64,000 nucleotides of DNA from Nibricoccus sp. (GCA_047602425.1 JASGHG010000001.1:2208001-2272000), one strand, 5' to 3'; counted from the first letter of the stretch, positions 10,401 through 21,751 are shown. The notes: a model not told the origin generated them from the sequence alone. A program made the numbers and translations.

Positions 10401-10454
10401 CAGCAAATTCAGTACAAAGACTGCGCGGATAAAGTGGGGTACTCGCCGATACAT
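7452..10454 (-). CDS. Sensor histidine kinase with beta-propeller (Reg_prop)/Y_Y_Y ectodomain and HisKA_3 core
   Basis: Repeated EDxxGxxWxGT blades, YQLEGFDRDW, TM, ERARIARNLHDELGGSLT, DNGAGF, NGLHNMRSRA. Confidence 0.93.
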   Translation of the reverse strand: MYRRVPHFIRAVFVLNLLSLLSPSATAREVTYNVRSWQVEQGLPDNFINQMVQDRRGYMWLGTAGGLARFDSVAFKEFRDAENSPDFGYNIRGLSLTPEGTILTLPASGGVVEWKEGQPSLHPLTADLAGLTLLDLYVEPSGVIWIGAEPTSFIRWEKGKIERFGQSAGVGRRVNRASFATDGRGRTWVATGEYFGYYQDGRLVPWKPSTGSLGTALLIASARSGGVWVSSAERLIKVEQDRTLAMIEGSSWPGRRAGIQCLFEDSNGRLWIGTRRDGLHVYADGALRKVALGTSLILSVMEDEDGNIWAGTAGDGLCRLRPMHYDILNTSAGLPSDLSSSVCEDASGAIWCANRAGGLVRYKDGAVQQFGATAGGWLFASRVAVDTKGVVWMGSNTNLYRLTSQVPERLEPVQPSVRGIHFLYGSRDGRMWVASNLGLGFFQDNVYQSVGNLPYRFEALAESQQGRILIAATESIDARLRARVLEFVDGNLVERISPEEWRAGPIHSLLFDHSDTLWIAAAGGLVLKQGERLVRFTKAQGLPDEFVDQILEDDAGCLWMAGRRALFRVKIEDLLAVADGKLNRVTAATYGEDDGLLDAAAPGVGQPRSWKGADGRLWFTLYKGVVGVNPTALAAPQKPPRMYIEEVALDQRPHHATEPRLEIAPGVQKIRFRFAVLNFSHPKHVLLRYQLEGFDRDWNEAGEDRTARYAYLPAGDYRLVVQALDQNGAWAQQEVSMLIHVESAWWQSRWFLLVIIAASVAIVASAARIWSVRKYKVRLRRLEEEHALERERARIARNLHDELGGSLTQIGLLADRLRRHRNMEEIEKTLGSLVHRTQGLATDLESIVWTVSPQNNSWDRLAAFAGRHARLFFEGTGIECRVEGAESIPPLPLAVDAQHEVLAICKEAMNNTLKHSRASLFSLAFATADHVVEIRIQDNGAGFEPSLKEHSERNGLHNMRSRAEEIGARIAIESRPGAGTQITLTVPIRLSTLPPFEKTS

Positions 10455-10759
10455 ACGGGCTATGATGCTTGCTACGTTGTGAACGCAACCATCACAACTC
10501 CCAAAAATTCACTAGAACTCGGGATGCTTGGGCGACCCGCTTTGGTCTACAATTCCGCTCTTCGAACCCAGCCCTCCCAGCCCCTAACTTTCACTGCCCG
10601 GCAACCCCAATTCAGGCCGGCAGCCGCATCCCGCGACCGCCAGCCTACCTCGAATACCCCGAGGTCGTCATCCCCCTTCCAACACCTCCATCCAACGCTT
10701 CCACTCCAGCACCCGCCAAACGGGAGCCAAAGTGGTTGTTGCCATCATTGAACTTCCAC

Positions 10760-13700
10760 ATGCAACCACACAAAAGAACCCAAACCTACCTCCGTCGTTT
10801 GGCCCTCTGCGCCTCGCTGATGACGGCATCAATCGCCCTGGCGCAGACCCCTCCAGCCGAGGAACCCAAAGCCGATTCCGCCAAACCCGCCACGGCAGAA
10901 AAACCAACCGCGGCTCCTAAGGAGAAAAAAGTCCCAACGAAAGCCGAGGCAGAAGCTGCCGCCAAGGCCGCCGAAGAAACCGCCGCATTTGACGAAAACG
11001 AGACCTTAGTACTTTCACCTTTTGAAGTCACCACGGACAAAGATAGAGGCTATCACGCTGGTTCCACCATGTCCGGCACTCGAATGGGCGCCGACCTCGA
11101 CGACATAGCGAATCCGATTTCCGTCGTCACCAAGCAGCAGCTCCTCGACTTCGCCGCTCGCGACATCAACGATATCTTCGCTTCTGAACTCGGTGTGGAA
11201 GGAACTCGCACCTTCACCGCCAACTTTAACGACGGCAAACAAGACGTAGACTCCGTAGCACTTAACCCCGAAACAGCCAATCGTGTTCGCGGCCTCGGCA
11301 ACGCCAACATCTCGGTCGGCAACTTCGGAAAAACCAACACCATTCCAATCGACGTCTATAACATCGATGCCGTGGAAATTTCTCGTGGTCCCAACTCCTC
11401 CATTTTCGGCATGGGCGAGGCGTCCGGCACCGTCAATTTGGTGCCGTCAGCTGCCAATTTATCGCGCGATCACAACAAATTCTCTTTCAGTTACAGTAGT
11501 ACGGACACGGCTCGAGCCACGATGGATGTTAACCGCGTGCTCTGGAAAAATACTTTGGCCATCCGCATCAACGCGTTGGCTAACAACCAGAGATATCTGC
11601 GCAAGCCATCCTATGATGATACCCGCCGTATCAATATCAGCAGCACCTATCATCCTTTTAAATACACAACCCTCCGCGCATCCTTCGAACGCTACAAAGA
11701 AAATTATAGTCGCCCCAATTCCGTCACTCCACGCGAGTATATGACTCTTTGGAATCAAATGGGCCGGTCTTCATGGAATCCCGCCACAAACCAGTGGAGC
11801 TATAGCGCTTACACTAACAATGACACGGGCATTTCTTACCCGGGCGGGACCGGCTTCATGAACGGCTCTAATAACGCCGGTAATGACGTAAGCCGTTATA
11901 TGTATCCTCCGACAGGCACAGCTTCTACTGTCAACGCACCATTCGGTCCAGCTTCTTTACCTAATGGCGGTGTCGTTGGTAGCAATCAACAACTCTGGAT
12001 GGGCAGCATTGGAACGAATCGTGTCCGCCCCCTTATGATGATCGACAATGGTCAAGTCATTTGGGCAGGCACCGAATATTACACAACGGTATCCGGCACT
12101 ACCACCGTCTATCACGACTCACTCCAGTTCAGGGTGCCGGATAACTACCTTGTGCCCGCTGAATACCAGACAAGTACGTATGGCAACTTGTCTTATGTTC
12201 CGATTAAGGCCTCCAAAGACAAATCGTTCTATGACTATGAAACACTCAACCTAGCCGGTCTTAATTATGGCAGAAAAAAAGGCGACACTTGGCGCGTAGA
12301 ATTCGAACAATTTCTCGTTAATACACCCATGAACGTATTCGCGTTCCAACTGGGTCTGTTCAAAGAACGCATCGAAGATTACCGCCGTGCCTTCGTGGGA
12401 AATGGCGGCGACGGTGTACCGCTCTATATACAGCCTGATGTAAATACTCATCTGCCGGATGGAACTCCTAATCCAAAATATGGAGCTCCTTTTATTTCTG
12501 CTCTCGCTCCGCAGACTTACGTAAATCCCATCGATACACGAACCCATCGCGCGAATGTGGTTTATCAGCTCGACCTCACCAAAGAGAAGAGTTGGCTAAA
12601 GCACCTCGGCAGAACCAAGGTCCTTGGATATGCGGAAGAGTTCTATAAGACTGAAGCCCCGAGCAACCTTCGCTATCAGGATCAGATTTCCAGTGTTTAT
12701 CCGTACTTCTTGGCCAGCAACATTCGCAACAGTAACGATGCCAAGTTCGTTACTCGTTACTATTTGGGCGACTCCGTCGGCGGCAACGTGGACTATGGTT
12801 CGAAGGCACCTCCTATTGAAAACTTCATTACTTTCCGCCGTTTTGGTTCAGTAGCGGGCGAAACCCCCGGCTGGTACACTCTCGAAAACGTACCGGTTAC
12901 ACCGCAGTATTTCGCAATTTCTACCGTTCATACGGAAACCACCACACGAGGCATGATATTACAGAACTACCTCGTTAAAGATCGCGTGATCACCACATGG
13001 GGTCGCCGTCGCGATACTCTTCGTACACGCGGCACGCGTGACCAGGATCTCACGTCGACCAGCTTGATTGATCCTATTTCCGCTCGCGATCCGATAACTG
13101 GCCTCACCACCTCTTTCGATTGGCTCGATAACTACGATGATTGGAATATCACGAATCGCCAGACCATGGCCCGGCAAGCTATTGGCTATACCGACAACAA
13201 AGGTATTGTCGTCAAACCTACCAAGTGGCTCAGCCTGCGCTACAACCAGTCCACCAGCTTCAAGCCCGACGATTTCGGTATCGATTTCCAGGGTAATCCG
13301 CTTGAAAATAACGGCGGCGAAAGCAAGGACTACGGCTTCTCGATTAATTTGTTTAAGAGTAAAGTTTACCTCACCGTCACTCGTTATGAAACTTTCTCGC
13401 GCAATTCACGCCAAGGGTCGATCAATGCTGTCGCGCAACGCATCACCCTTTTGGACTACGATATAAATCCATCTCAAGATGGTAGCAAACAAGACCTCGA
13501 AGATTGGCTGTTGGGACAGGTTCTCCGCTCTCAAGGCTTGATGGATACCACGACTCCGGATCCAGGATTTGCCAGCGCTACCCCCGCGCAAGTGGAAGCA
13601 GCATTGCTGGACACTCACCGCCGCATGGGCCTGACTGAAGAGCGTATTCTACTCAATCGTACTTATACCCGCGCCATGACTGCAGATCGCAAGTCCAATG

Positions 13701-14387
13701 GCTACGAAGTCTCGCTCGATATCAACCCAAACCAGTATCTATCGATCAAACTCAACGGTTCGCAATCGGAAACTATCTTTACCAATTTTGGTAAAACCTG
13801 GCAGGATTACAAAAAAGAGCGCATGCCCATCTGGACCACGATTCGCAGCCCCTATGACGGCAGCCTCTGGTGGACCACCGTGCAAACCGGTTCAACGCCA
13901 GCCCAAGTATGGGTTTCAAACAATGAAGCGCCGATGAAAGTGAATCTAGCCCTTGAGGGAAAACCGGTGCCTCAGTTTGCCAAGTACAAAGCCAATGCCT
14001 TGGCTCGTTATCGCCTTGCCGGAATCTTCAGAAATACCCCTATCGTAAAAGACATGACTGTCGGTGGTAAGGTAAGCTGGATAGACAAGCAAGCTCTCGG
14101 CTTCTACGCGGCACCCGCTGATAACGTAAATGGTGATATTCGCGTACGTGAATACGATGCTAGCCGTCCGATCTGGACTCGCGCTAAGTTCTACGTCGAT
14201 GCGTTCGCGACGTATGACTTCCGTATGTTCAAAAACCGTATCAAGGGTAACGTCCAACTTAACGCCAAAAGTGTCGGCGAAAACGGTCGTTTGCAGACGT
14301 TTCGGCGTCAATCCGGACGGTTCAAAGTTCAACTACCGCATCATCGATCCGACCGAGTACATCCTCAGCGTGAACTTCGAGCTATAG
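10760..14387 (+). CDS. TonB-dependent receptor with an apparent +1 frameshift near 14300
   Basis: Signal peptide, LVLSPFEVT TonB-box-like segment, plug motif VEISRGPNSSIFG; the plausible C-terminus FGVNPDGSKFNYRIIDPTEYILSVNFEL* is in another frame ending 14387, while the unshifted ORF ends 14398. Confidence 0.88.
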
Positions 14388-14429
14388 ACGCCCAATGAGT
14401 TTTGTTTAGTAGGGATCCGTTCAGTAAGC

Positions 14430-14462
14430 AAAAGCCCCGGTCTTAAATGACCGGGGCTTTTT
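14430..14462 (+). terminator. Intrinsic (possibly bidirectional) terminator after the TonB receptor
   Basis: AAAAGCCCCGGTC-ttaaat-GACCGGGGCTTTTT. Confidence 0.9.
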
Positions 14463-14541
14463 GTCGAATGTATCAAACGCCATTGCCTCCATGAGATCAT
14501 ATCACATGCAATGTCGTCCCAGTGGCTGTTACCCCATGAAT

Positions 14542-14574
14542 AAAAAGGCCGCAGCTTTGTATAAGCTGCGGCTT
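14542..14574 (-). terminator. Intrinsic terminator for the minus-strand small gene
   Basis: AAAAAG-GCCGCAGCTT-tgtat-AAGCTGCGGC. Confidence 0.75.
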
Positions 14575-14589
14575 ACAAACTATGATACT

Positions 14590-14985
14590 TCACCAGATAT
14601 ATGACATATCATAAACCCAATCGGGATGGCTCGAATCGTACGCCACTACCGAATAATTTCCTGCAGGAACATCATCGATTATCCAACTGCCCCAACTTCC
14701 TGCAAGCGAAGCCGCGCCGCTTGTCCCGTAAAAATAATCACTCCAAATCCAATCAGGACTCTGATGGCTGTAGTCAAAAGAGGTAACTGTGTTAATGTTT
14801 GCGATAGTTTGTCCTGTATCATTATTAACCAAGGTGAAGGAATAGTCTCCACCGTAATACATCTCTATCGTTAGGTTTAATGTGCCAGCTTGTGCGCCTA
14901 AATTATAGGTTTTGCTGCCAGCATGGAGTACGGACGCAAGCGAGGCAGAGGCGAACAATATGAGAGCGTAAAACAATTTTTTCAT
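14590..14985 (-). CDS. Small secreted hypothetical protein, AT-rich gene
   Basis: MKKLFYALILFASASLASVLHA signal peptide; aromatic, beta-rich mature part; has its own terminator. Confidence 0.7.
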   Translation of the reverse strand: MKKLFYALILFASASLASVLHAGSKTYNLGAQAGTLNLTIEMYYGGDYSFTLVNNDTGQTIANINTVTSFDYSHQSPDWIWSDYFYGTSGAASLAGSWGSWIIDDVPAGNYSVVAYDSSHPDWVYDMSYIW

Positions 14986-15256
14986 TTGGTATATTTATTC
15001 GTATTTTTTGGGTCATGGCAGCGGTGCGTAAAAGTCAGATTACTCTCCCGCAAAATCTGCCGTTTATAGCCTCTTAGATCTTTTGAGGCACGATCTTATG
15101 ATAGCAATTCTTCGACCTTCCCACATCCCCAATAGTGGTGACTGACGCGAATTTATGGACCGTCTAGTCTGGTCGGGCCTACTTCTCCAACCATGAGCTA
15201 TGCGATGCAACGCCTGAAGGGTTGCGCGGCGCGCTGAAGGTGTTTTCCTCAAGAGT

Positions 15257-16111
15257 GTGCGCAACCAGGGTTTTTCAATTTCCCGCAGTCTGATTTTTCT
15301 CGTGCTGGCGGGTTATTTTCTGTGGGTCGTGTATCCCATGCTCTGGGTCGTGTACTCGTCGTTCAAACCCGACGATGCGATCTTTCGCGATGTCTTCGCC
15401 CTGCCTTCGCTGGATACGCTTCAATGGAACAATTACCGGCAGGCGTGGCGTGAGGCGCATTTCGGCGATTACTTTCTTAATAGCGTGGTGGTCACCATTG
15501 TATCCGTGTCGCTGATACTCCTGCTCGGATCGATGGCCGCGTATGCGTTGAGCCGTTTTTATCACCCGCTGGGCAATCTGCTTTATGGACTTTTTCTCGC
15601 GGGACTGATGATCCCGGTTCAGCTGAGCATCGTGCCGCTGTTCTTTGAACTAAAGGCGGCGGGGCTGCTTAACTCAAAGCTGGGATTGATTCTTGTCTAC
15701 ACGGCCAATGGATTGCCGTTCGCGATTTTCATCCTTGCGGGCTTTTTCCGCGCGCTGCCGCGTTCGTTGTACGAGGTCGCGGTGGTGGATGGTTGCGGCG
15801 AAGCCACGGCATTCTGGCGGGTGATGCTGCCACTCGCGCGGCCGGGGTTGATCACGGTAGCTATTTTCCAGTTCATCGGAATTTGGAAGGAATATTTCTT
15901 CGCGTTCATGTTTACGTCGGGCGCCCCCGGCGACGATGTGCGCACGCTTCCGCTCGGACTGGGCAATTTGTCGGTCGCGGCGCAATATCACACTAATTAT
16001 GGTATGCTTTTCGCCGGCATCGTGATGGTGACGCTACCGATTCTCCTAGTGTATTTGCTGTTACAAAAACAGTTGGTGAAAGGTATCACCGCCGGGGCGT
16101 TGAAGGGATAA
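15257..16111 (+). CDS. Carbohydrate ABC transporter permease (MalG-like)
   Basis: Six TMs, EAA loop LYEVAVVDGC, C-terminal QKQLVKGITAGALKG. Confidence 0.93.
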   Translation: MRNQGFSISRSLIFLVLAGYFLWVVYPMLWVVYSSFKPDDAIFRDVFALPSLDTLQWNNYRQAWREAHFGDYFLNSVVVTIVSVSLILLLGSMAAYALSRFYHPLGNLLYGLFLAGLMIPVQLSIVPLFFELKAAGLLNSKLGLILVYTANGLPFAIFILAGFFRALPRSLYEVAVVDGCGEATAFWRVMLPLARPGLITVAIFQFIGIWKEYFFAFMFTSGAPGDDVRTLPLGLGNLSVAAQYHTNYGMLFAGIVMVTLPILLVYLLLQKQLVKGITAGALKG

Positions 16112-16243
16112 TGCCTCGCAACGTCCACTTCACCGAGGTACGGGTTCGGGCTCTCCCCACAAGAGCGGGGCAAGGCTGAGCTTAAGGCAGGAGGGATTCG
16201 AGAAGGTTATGCGTTTTTCTATTTCGTTTGTCCTTAGTAAATG

Positions 16244-16268
16244 GTTTGTCGTCTATTAGATGACAAAC
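16244..16268. repeat. TA-W-TA palindrome family copy (REP-like), one mismatch
   Basis: GTTTGTCGTCTA-T-TAGATGACAAAC. Confidence 0.8.
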
Positions 16269-16473
16269 GATTGGTGCTGTTGTGCATTGGCGAACAACCC
16301 TAGGCGGTTGAGGGCTGACACGTGCACCCACCTGTGAGCCGCACATTGGGAAAAGGAAAATCTTTCAAACCCACGTGGGCGCAGGGTGGACCCATCAGAG
16401 CGCTATTTGGTCGGCCGGAGACGTGATTAGCCGTAGCTAGGCGTTTTCCAAATTCTTTTGTCCTTAGCAATCG

Positions 16474-16498
16474 GTTTGTAGTCCATTAGATGACAAAC
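16474..16498. repeat. TA-W-TA palindrome family copy, degenerate
   Basis: GTTTGTAGTCCA-T-TAGATGACAAAC; flanks resemble those of the 16244 copy. Confidence 0.75.
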
Positions 16499-16561
16499 GA
16501 TTGTGCTTGGTCGTATGGTGCCAGGACAGTCTTTGGCGATTGAGGAAGGGATGGTGTTTTG

Positions 16562-19500
16562 TCACTTAATGGATGACAGCCCGCCGTAGGTGTCGGCGCG
16601 GGAGGCTTCATCTTGGGAGGCAGGGCAGCGAGCGAGTGCGATCGCCAGGTCTTGAGGGCGGGTGGGCTTGGGAATGTAGTCGTTCATGCCGGCGTCGAGG
16701 CAGGTTTCTCGGTCGCCAATCATGGCGTTGGCCGTCATGGCGATGATCCATTGCGTGGCAAAACGGGGATTCTGACGAATACGGCGAGTGGTTTCGTAGC
16801 CGTCGAGTTCGGGCATCTGACAATCCATGAGGATAACGTCGTAAGTGGACTTTTCGATGGCTTCGAGGACTTCCAGGCCGTTGCCAACCACTTCGATTTT
16901 ATGACCGTATTTCTTGAGCTGCATGGTCGTGACGCGCTGATTCACGATATTGTCCTCGGCAATGAGAATACGGAGAATTTTAGCGGTTGCTTTTGGTTCA
17001 CTCGTTGGCTCGGGTTCGGATGGCGTAGGAGGAGTCGCAGTGGGCGAAGCCGACTTGGCCGGGCGCGAGCCGTTGATAACGCTGAGAGTGCGCAGCAGGC
17101 CTGACAGAAGTTCCCCCTGGCGGATGGGTTTGCCGAGATAGTCGACGATGCCGGAGGTTTTGCGTTCCTCCTTACTCAATTGAGGTGTGCCCGTGGTGAG
17201 GAGAAGCGTGTGTCGGCCAGATGGTCCGGGGAGTTGATGGATTTCCCGGGCAAGGGCGATCCCGTCGCAATCCTGCAGTTGCTGGCTAACAAGAAGAATT
17301 TGAATAGGGCTTCCGGTTGGTTCGGCAAAGCCGAGTTTTCCGAGAGCCGCCTGCCGGGTTGAAGCGAGATGGACCTTCATCTGCCAGACGGTGAGATAAT
17401 GCTGAAGGATGCGACAGGTGATGGCCTGCTGATCGACAATGAGAACAGGAATGTCTTTGAGACGAGCGATGGAAGAGCTGAGAGGTTCCTCGGCCCGGCC
17501 CTGTTGTTTGGCAAAGAGCGCTGTGAACCAGAAGGCCGAGCCTTCGCCGGGAGTACTGTCGACGCCAATCGCGCCGTCCATGAGTTCGACGATCTGCTTG
17601 CTGATGGCGAGGCCAAGGCCCGTGCCACCGTATTTCCGCGTGGTGGTTTCGTCGGCCTGACTGAACGGTTTGAAGAGGCGCGCGCGGGCTTCTTCGCTGA
17701 GGCCAATGCCGGTATCGGCGATCTTGAAACGAAGCCGCACGCCGAGTTCGGTTTCCTCCTCAAGGGAAACGGAAAGGTAAACGTCGCCTTTATCCGTGAA
17801 TTTGACGGCGTTGGAGAGGAGGTTGAGGATGACCTGCCGGAGACGGCCGGGATCGCCGCGCAGGGCGCAAGGCAGATCGTACGGGACGAGCGCGCCGAGC
17901 TCGAGGCCCTTTTCGTGAGCGCGGGGCGCGACCAGTTCCAGGGTGCCGTCGATCATCTCGCGCAGATCGAAGTCCGCCGTATCGAATTGGAGTTTGCCGG
18001 CTTCGATCTTCGAGAAATCGAGGATATCGTTGAGGATGGTGAGAAGCGATTCGGCGCTGTGTTTGACGGTGCCGGCGAGGTCGCGCTGCTCGGGCGTGAG
18101 TTTTGTATCAAGTAAAAGGTTGCTCATGCCGATCACGCCGTTCATGGGCGTGCGGATTTCGTGCGACATGTTGGCGAGAAACGCGCTTTTCGCCCGCGTG
18201 GTCGCCTCGGCCATGTCCCGGGCTTCGCGGAGGGTGTTTTCGATTTGTTTGCGTTCGTTAATATCGCGCACGACACCCAACATGCCGATGGGCACGCCGG
18301 CTTTCAGAATGAGCTGGATGTTTGTTTCGGCCCAAGTAACGCCGCCTGTGCGGGTGCTAAAACGACTTTGAAACGTGACGGTGCCTCCGTTGCCGTCCTT
18401 CAGCGAAAGGTGGGGCAGCGAATGCTGAATATCCTCCGGATGGAGCAGTTCGCGGAAATTCATCCGAAGGGCTTGCTCGCGGGAATAACCGGTCATCTTC
18501 TCGCCCGCGGTGTTAAAAGATGTGAACCGGCCAGAGAGATCGACGGTGAAAATGAAGTCGCTGGCGGATTCAAAGATTTCGCGATACTGGGCTTCGAGGT
18601 GCGCCTCTTTTTCAAGCTGGAGGCGGATTTGCACGGTTTGTTTTTTGACGCGCCGCTTGAGCGCAACGACCCAGATGACGACCAAGAGTGCCCCGCCAAA
18701 AACGACACCCGAGACGGTGAACACGCGGCTGATGTTCCACCACGGCGGCTGACTTATAACCGCGATGTCGGCCGGGGTGCGCAGGTGAAGCGAAAAGGAA
18801 TGTGGCAGGCCAAACTCGTCTTTTTCCAGTTCGTAGATGCCGGTCAGGTTGAGCAAGCTTCCGAGTTCCCAGTCGTCCTCAGGGCGACTTTTTGGCGATT
18901 GCCGGAGGTTTGCCTCGAAAATTGCGTCCTTTGTCTGAAGGACAAAATGGATTTTGTCATTCTGGATGTTTTTTTCGATGAGAATGCCGGAAATTTTGAC
19001 GAGTCGGTCGTCAAGCTCCTCAAGCAGGTTGCGCGCGGACTGCATGACGACCGGGACGGGCGGGCGGCCTGTGCCGATCTTGCGATAAATGGATTCCCGG
19101 AGCACGACCTCGCCATGTTGCCGGCCCGGCAGGCCGACAACTTCGATGAGATCGCCCGGGAACACGGGGGTCTGGGAACGGCTTTGGACGTGCAGGATTT
19201 CGTCGCCGTTTTGGATCAGGATCTGGCGTCCCGGGTATTGCAACAAAACCACGCCGGTGAAGCGGAGCCGGCGGTTGAAACCTTCGCGTGCACTGAAACG
19301 GTGCAGACTCGAAATGCTTCGCGTAGGCACATTAAATGGTTCGGCAGGCAACGGCTCCTCGATTTGTATATAGTAAGCCCAGGGCACCTGCAGTTGAATG
19401 CCGTTGAGCTCGTGATGCGTGTTGGTCTGGCCGGTGCAGACGCCTTGGACGCGCACAACGGCCCCCGTGAGCTTTTCAAGGTCTTGGGCATAGGGCACGC

Positions 19501-20941
19501 GGGCGGTAAATTCGCCGCCCGCAGCCGTCAACGTGAGCAGGTGCCAGAATCCGTCGTGCCTGACTTCCAGGACGTAGCCCATCATCTCGACCCATTGATT
19601 TTCCTCCACACCGGTCAGCGCCTGCTCGATGGTGATGGGGCGTGGTTCGGGCAGGGTGAGGCTGCCGGCCGAATCGACGCGGCTGGCACGCACGGCGTTG
19701 ACATAGCTGTCCTGGGTCGTAACGCCCGTCACAATCAGGTCGTTGGCCACACCGGGGGCCAGGGAGTCCATGTTTTCGCGGTAAACGCGAACACCGCCGC
19801 TGGAATCTTTGAGGATAAAATAGGGCGCGGCAGGCGACGACCAGAGCACGACACCACGAATTTGCACAGGGTAACCTTGCGCGGCCTGTTCCGGGGTGAG
19901 CTCGAGGATCTGTTCGGTGACGCGGAGCGTATTGGCTTCCGGGGATTTGGCGGCACTCGCGGATGAGGCGCGATAGAGCCCGCGTCGAAGGGTCCACTCG
20001 GTGCCATTGATCCAAGTATAGCCAATGGCCTCGATTTCATCGCCGACTTTTAGCGGTCGGGCCTGGGTCGTCTTCATGACGAGCTGACCGGTATTGTCGC
20101 GGATGACAACTTCGCGCCCCGGAGTAAAGCGGCGCACGTGGCCCCGGACACAAATGAGCTGGTCGTTGCGCGTCTGCGGGAGCCGTTCGATCGGCGTCGT
20201 GGGAAGGTTGAAACGGGCATCGTCCTTCAACGTTCCGACAATTTCGACCTTCGACGGGTCGCCGACCCACAAATCCACGGAATTCATCAGTCCGGTCGGA
20301 TCGCTTTTAAACAAGTATAAGCCGGTAACGCGCACCAGGGAGTCCGGCGTGTAAGGCACGTAGCCCGCCGCATCATGCCAGATGTTGCACGTCACGAGAT
20401 GGCCGTTGGAAATCAATTCCAATCGCCAATGGTGCTGGGTGACATCCATCGCATGGTTGATGTAACCTTCAAGTGTGACCAGACGGCTGTTGAGCTGGCC
20501 GTCGTTGGTAATTTCAGCGATTTTAACCGGCTCGATTTTTGCCTCAGGCAAAAGGTTGAACTTCAACGAATCGGCCGAAAGGCCCTTGGCGGGAATCACG
20601 GTGCCTTCGACCAGATAACGCTGGCCGCTTTTTATCGGCAGCGGTTTGTCCGGCGCGGAAGGTACGAAACCGTGGCTTCCACCGCATTCGCCCCAAAGCA
20701 GGTTCCACTCCGTGTCGTAATAATAAACCAACAGCTCCATTCTGACCGGATAGGTAGCCAGCTTCTCCTCATCGGTCATTTCCCAGAACTGGCTGACTTT
20801 GCTGATGACGAGCGATTTGGATTTGTTATCCGGTTCGACCGCGTGGGCAACCGTGCACGCCGTGACGAACCAGGCTAGAAAAATCCAGCATGGCCAAAGG
20901 CAGTATCCTAGCCGGTTGGCAAAAACATTACGGAAATCCAT
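16562..20941 (-). CDS. Hybrid sensor histidine kinase (repeated extracytoplasmic modules, TM, PAS, HisKA, HATPase, two REC domains)
   Basis: [43 protein letters not shown]...[10 protein letters not shown]; start taken at MDFRNV (ORF open to 21067). Confidence 0.93.
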   Translation of the reverse strand: MDFRNVFANRLGYCLWPCWIFLAWFVTACTVAHAVEPDNKSKSLVISKVSQFWEMTDEEKLATYPVRMELLVYYYDTEWNLLWGECGGSHGFVPSAPDKPLPIKSGQRYLVEGTVIPAKGLSADSLKFNLLPEAKIEPVKIAEITNDGQLNSRLVTLEGYINHAMDVTQHHWRLELISNGHLVTCNIWHDAAGYVPYTPDSLVRVTGLYLFKSDPTGLMNSVDLWVGDPSKVEIVGTLKDDARFNLPTTPIERLPQTRNDQLICVRGHVRRFTPGREVVIRDNTGQLVMKTTQARPLKVGDEIEAIGYTWINGTEWTLRRGLYRASSASAAKSPEANTLRVTEQILELTPEQAAQGYPVQIRGVVLWSSPAAPYFILKDSSGGVRVYRENMDSLAPGVANDLIVTGVTTQDSYVNAVRASRVDSAGSLTLPEPRPITIEQALTGVEENQWVEMMGYVLEVRHDGFWHLLTLTAAGGEFTARVPYAQDLEKLTGAVVRVQGVCTGQTNTHHELNGIQLQVPWAYYIQIEEPLPAEPFNVPTRSISSLHRFSAREGFNRRLRFTGVVLLQYPGRQILIQNGDEILHVQSRSQTPVFPGDLIEVVGLPGRQHGEVVLRESIYRKIGTGRPPVPVVMQSARNLLEELDDRLVKISGILIEKNIQNDKIHFVLQTKDAIFEANLRQSPKSRPEDDWELGSLLNLTGIYELEKDEFGLPHSFSLHLRTPADIAVISQPPWWNISRVFTVSGVVFGGALLVVIWVVALKRRVKKQTVQIRLQLEKEAHLEAQYREIFESASDFIFTVDLSGRFTSFNTAGEKMTGYSREQALRMNFRELLHPEDIQHSLPHLSLKDGNGGTVTFQSRFSTRTGGVTWAETNIQLILKAGVPIGMLGVVRDINERKQIENTLREARDMAEATTRAKSAFLANMSHEIRTPMNGVIGMSNLLLDTKLTPEQRDLAGTVKHSAESLLTILNDILDFSKIEAGKLQFDTADFDLREMIDGTLELVAPRAHEKGLELGALVPYDLPCALRGDPGRLRQVILNLLSNAVKFTDKGDVYLSVSLEEETELGVRLRFKIADTGIGLSEEARARLFKPFSQADETTTRKYGGTGLGLAISKQIVELMDGAIGVDSTPGEGSAFWFTALFAKQQGRAEEPLSSSIARLKDIPVLIVDQQAITCRILQHYLTVWQMKVHLASTRQAALGKLGFAEPTGSPIQILLVSQQLQDCDGIALAREIHQLPGPSGRHTLLLTTGTPQLSKEERKTSGIVDYLGKPIRQGELLSGLLRTLSVINGSRPAKSASPTATPPTPSEPEPTSEPKATAKILRILIAEDNIVNQRVTTMQLKKYGHKIEVVGNGLEVLEAIEKSTYDVILMDCQMPELDGYETTRRIRQNPRFATQWIIAMTANAMIGDRETCLDAGMNDYIPKPTRPQDLAIALARCPASQDEASRADTYGGLSSIK

Positions 20942-21526
20942 CGTAAGAGTGCTGTTGCGCAAACAGAGCCCAACAGCCTCCTGCTTTTCATATCGTCGCC
21001 AACGACCCGGAACTTGAGTAGGGAAACCCCCTGAAATTTGGACGTTAAATCTCGCTAAGTGACTCAAATTCAGCGGTCAGAAATCCATTTGCCAGCCCGC
21101 GAGCGATTTCCTTCGGCCTCTCCGCCCGGGTCTTTCGTCAGGCTCGCCTGCCTGAGGTGAAATTCTCGTCCCTAGATTTCATGGGCTCATCGCGCCAAAA
21201 TGAAAAAAACCGGCATGCGCCATGCATAGGAACGAGGCGCATTCGCAATTCCATTATGATCTACGCCCGACGGAAATCTCCCTCCTACCCCGTCGCCCCT
21301 TCCGAGGTCCACGCCTTGGCAAGATTGGCCTGCTCGCTCCGTGACCGCGCCATAATTTCGCAAATGTCGGTGTCGCCAGCCCAAATCATGGGCAAGGGCG
21401 GCGCACGGCAAAACGCAACGCTCTGAAAAGCCGGCCCTGCCGACTGTAGGCGAATTAACGCACTCGGTGACAGGGTCCTCCGCAAGAATGCATCCGCTTC
21501 TTTCAAAATTTTCCCGCCAGAGTTCT

Positions 21527-21751
21527 ATGAACACACCTGCCGTATTTTTGGGCATTCAGCCCGGCTACAAAAATCTTCCTCCGGTAGAGCTTTACAACCT
21601 CCTCGCTCCCGTCGGCCACCACCCGGCCGGCTCTACAGTTTCACGCAAGACTCTCGAACAGCACGGCTATTCGCCTCCTCCTTTTTCAAAACCGCAACCC
21701 AGTAAACCACGTATGCCGCGGAATTTTCCGCAATACGGTGTAGTTATTTAA
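21527..21751 (+). CDS. Small hypothetical protein
   Basis: MNTPAVFLGIQPGYKNLPPVELYNLLAPVGHHPAGSTVSRKTLEQHGY...; protein-like composition, fills an intergenic gap. Confidence 0.55.
   Translation: MNTPAVFLGIQPGYKNLPPVELYNLLAPVGHHPAGSTVSRKTLEQHGYSPPPFSKPQPSKPRMPRNFPQYGVVI

Noticed and set aside
10469..10759. N-terminal 97-codon extension of the TonB receptor ORF
   Set aside because: Pro-rich and non-protein-like; the signal peptide begins at ATG 10760, so this is likely promoter/UTR
16211..16545. Possible CRISPR array from repeated palindromes
   Set aside because: Only two diverged copies 230 bp apart, no regular 30-40 nt spacers, and no cas genes in the window
18161..19966. 601-aa plus-strand ORF (and similar long alternative-frame ORFs throughout)
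   Set aside because: Antisense to the hybrid kinase; expected in high-GC DNA
21068..21526. Riboswitch or small ORFs between the hybrid kinase and the small hypothetical gene
   Set aside because: No riboswitch consensus recognised; overlapping short ORFs on both strands lack support
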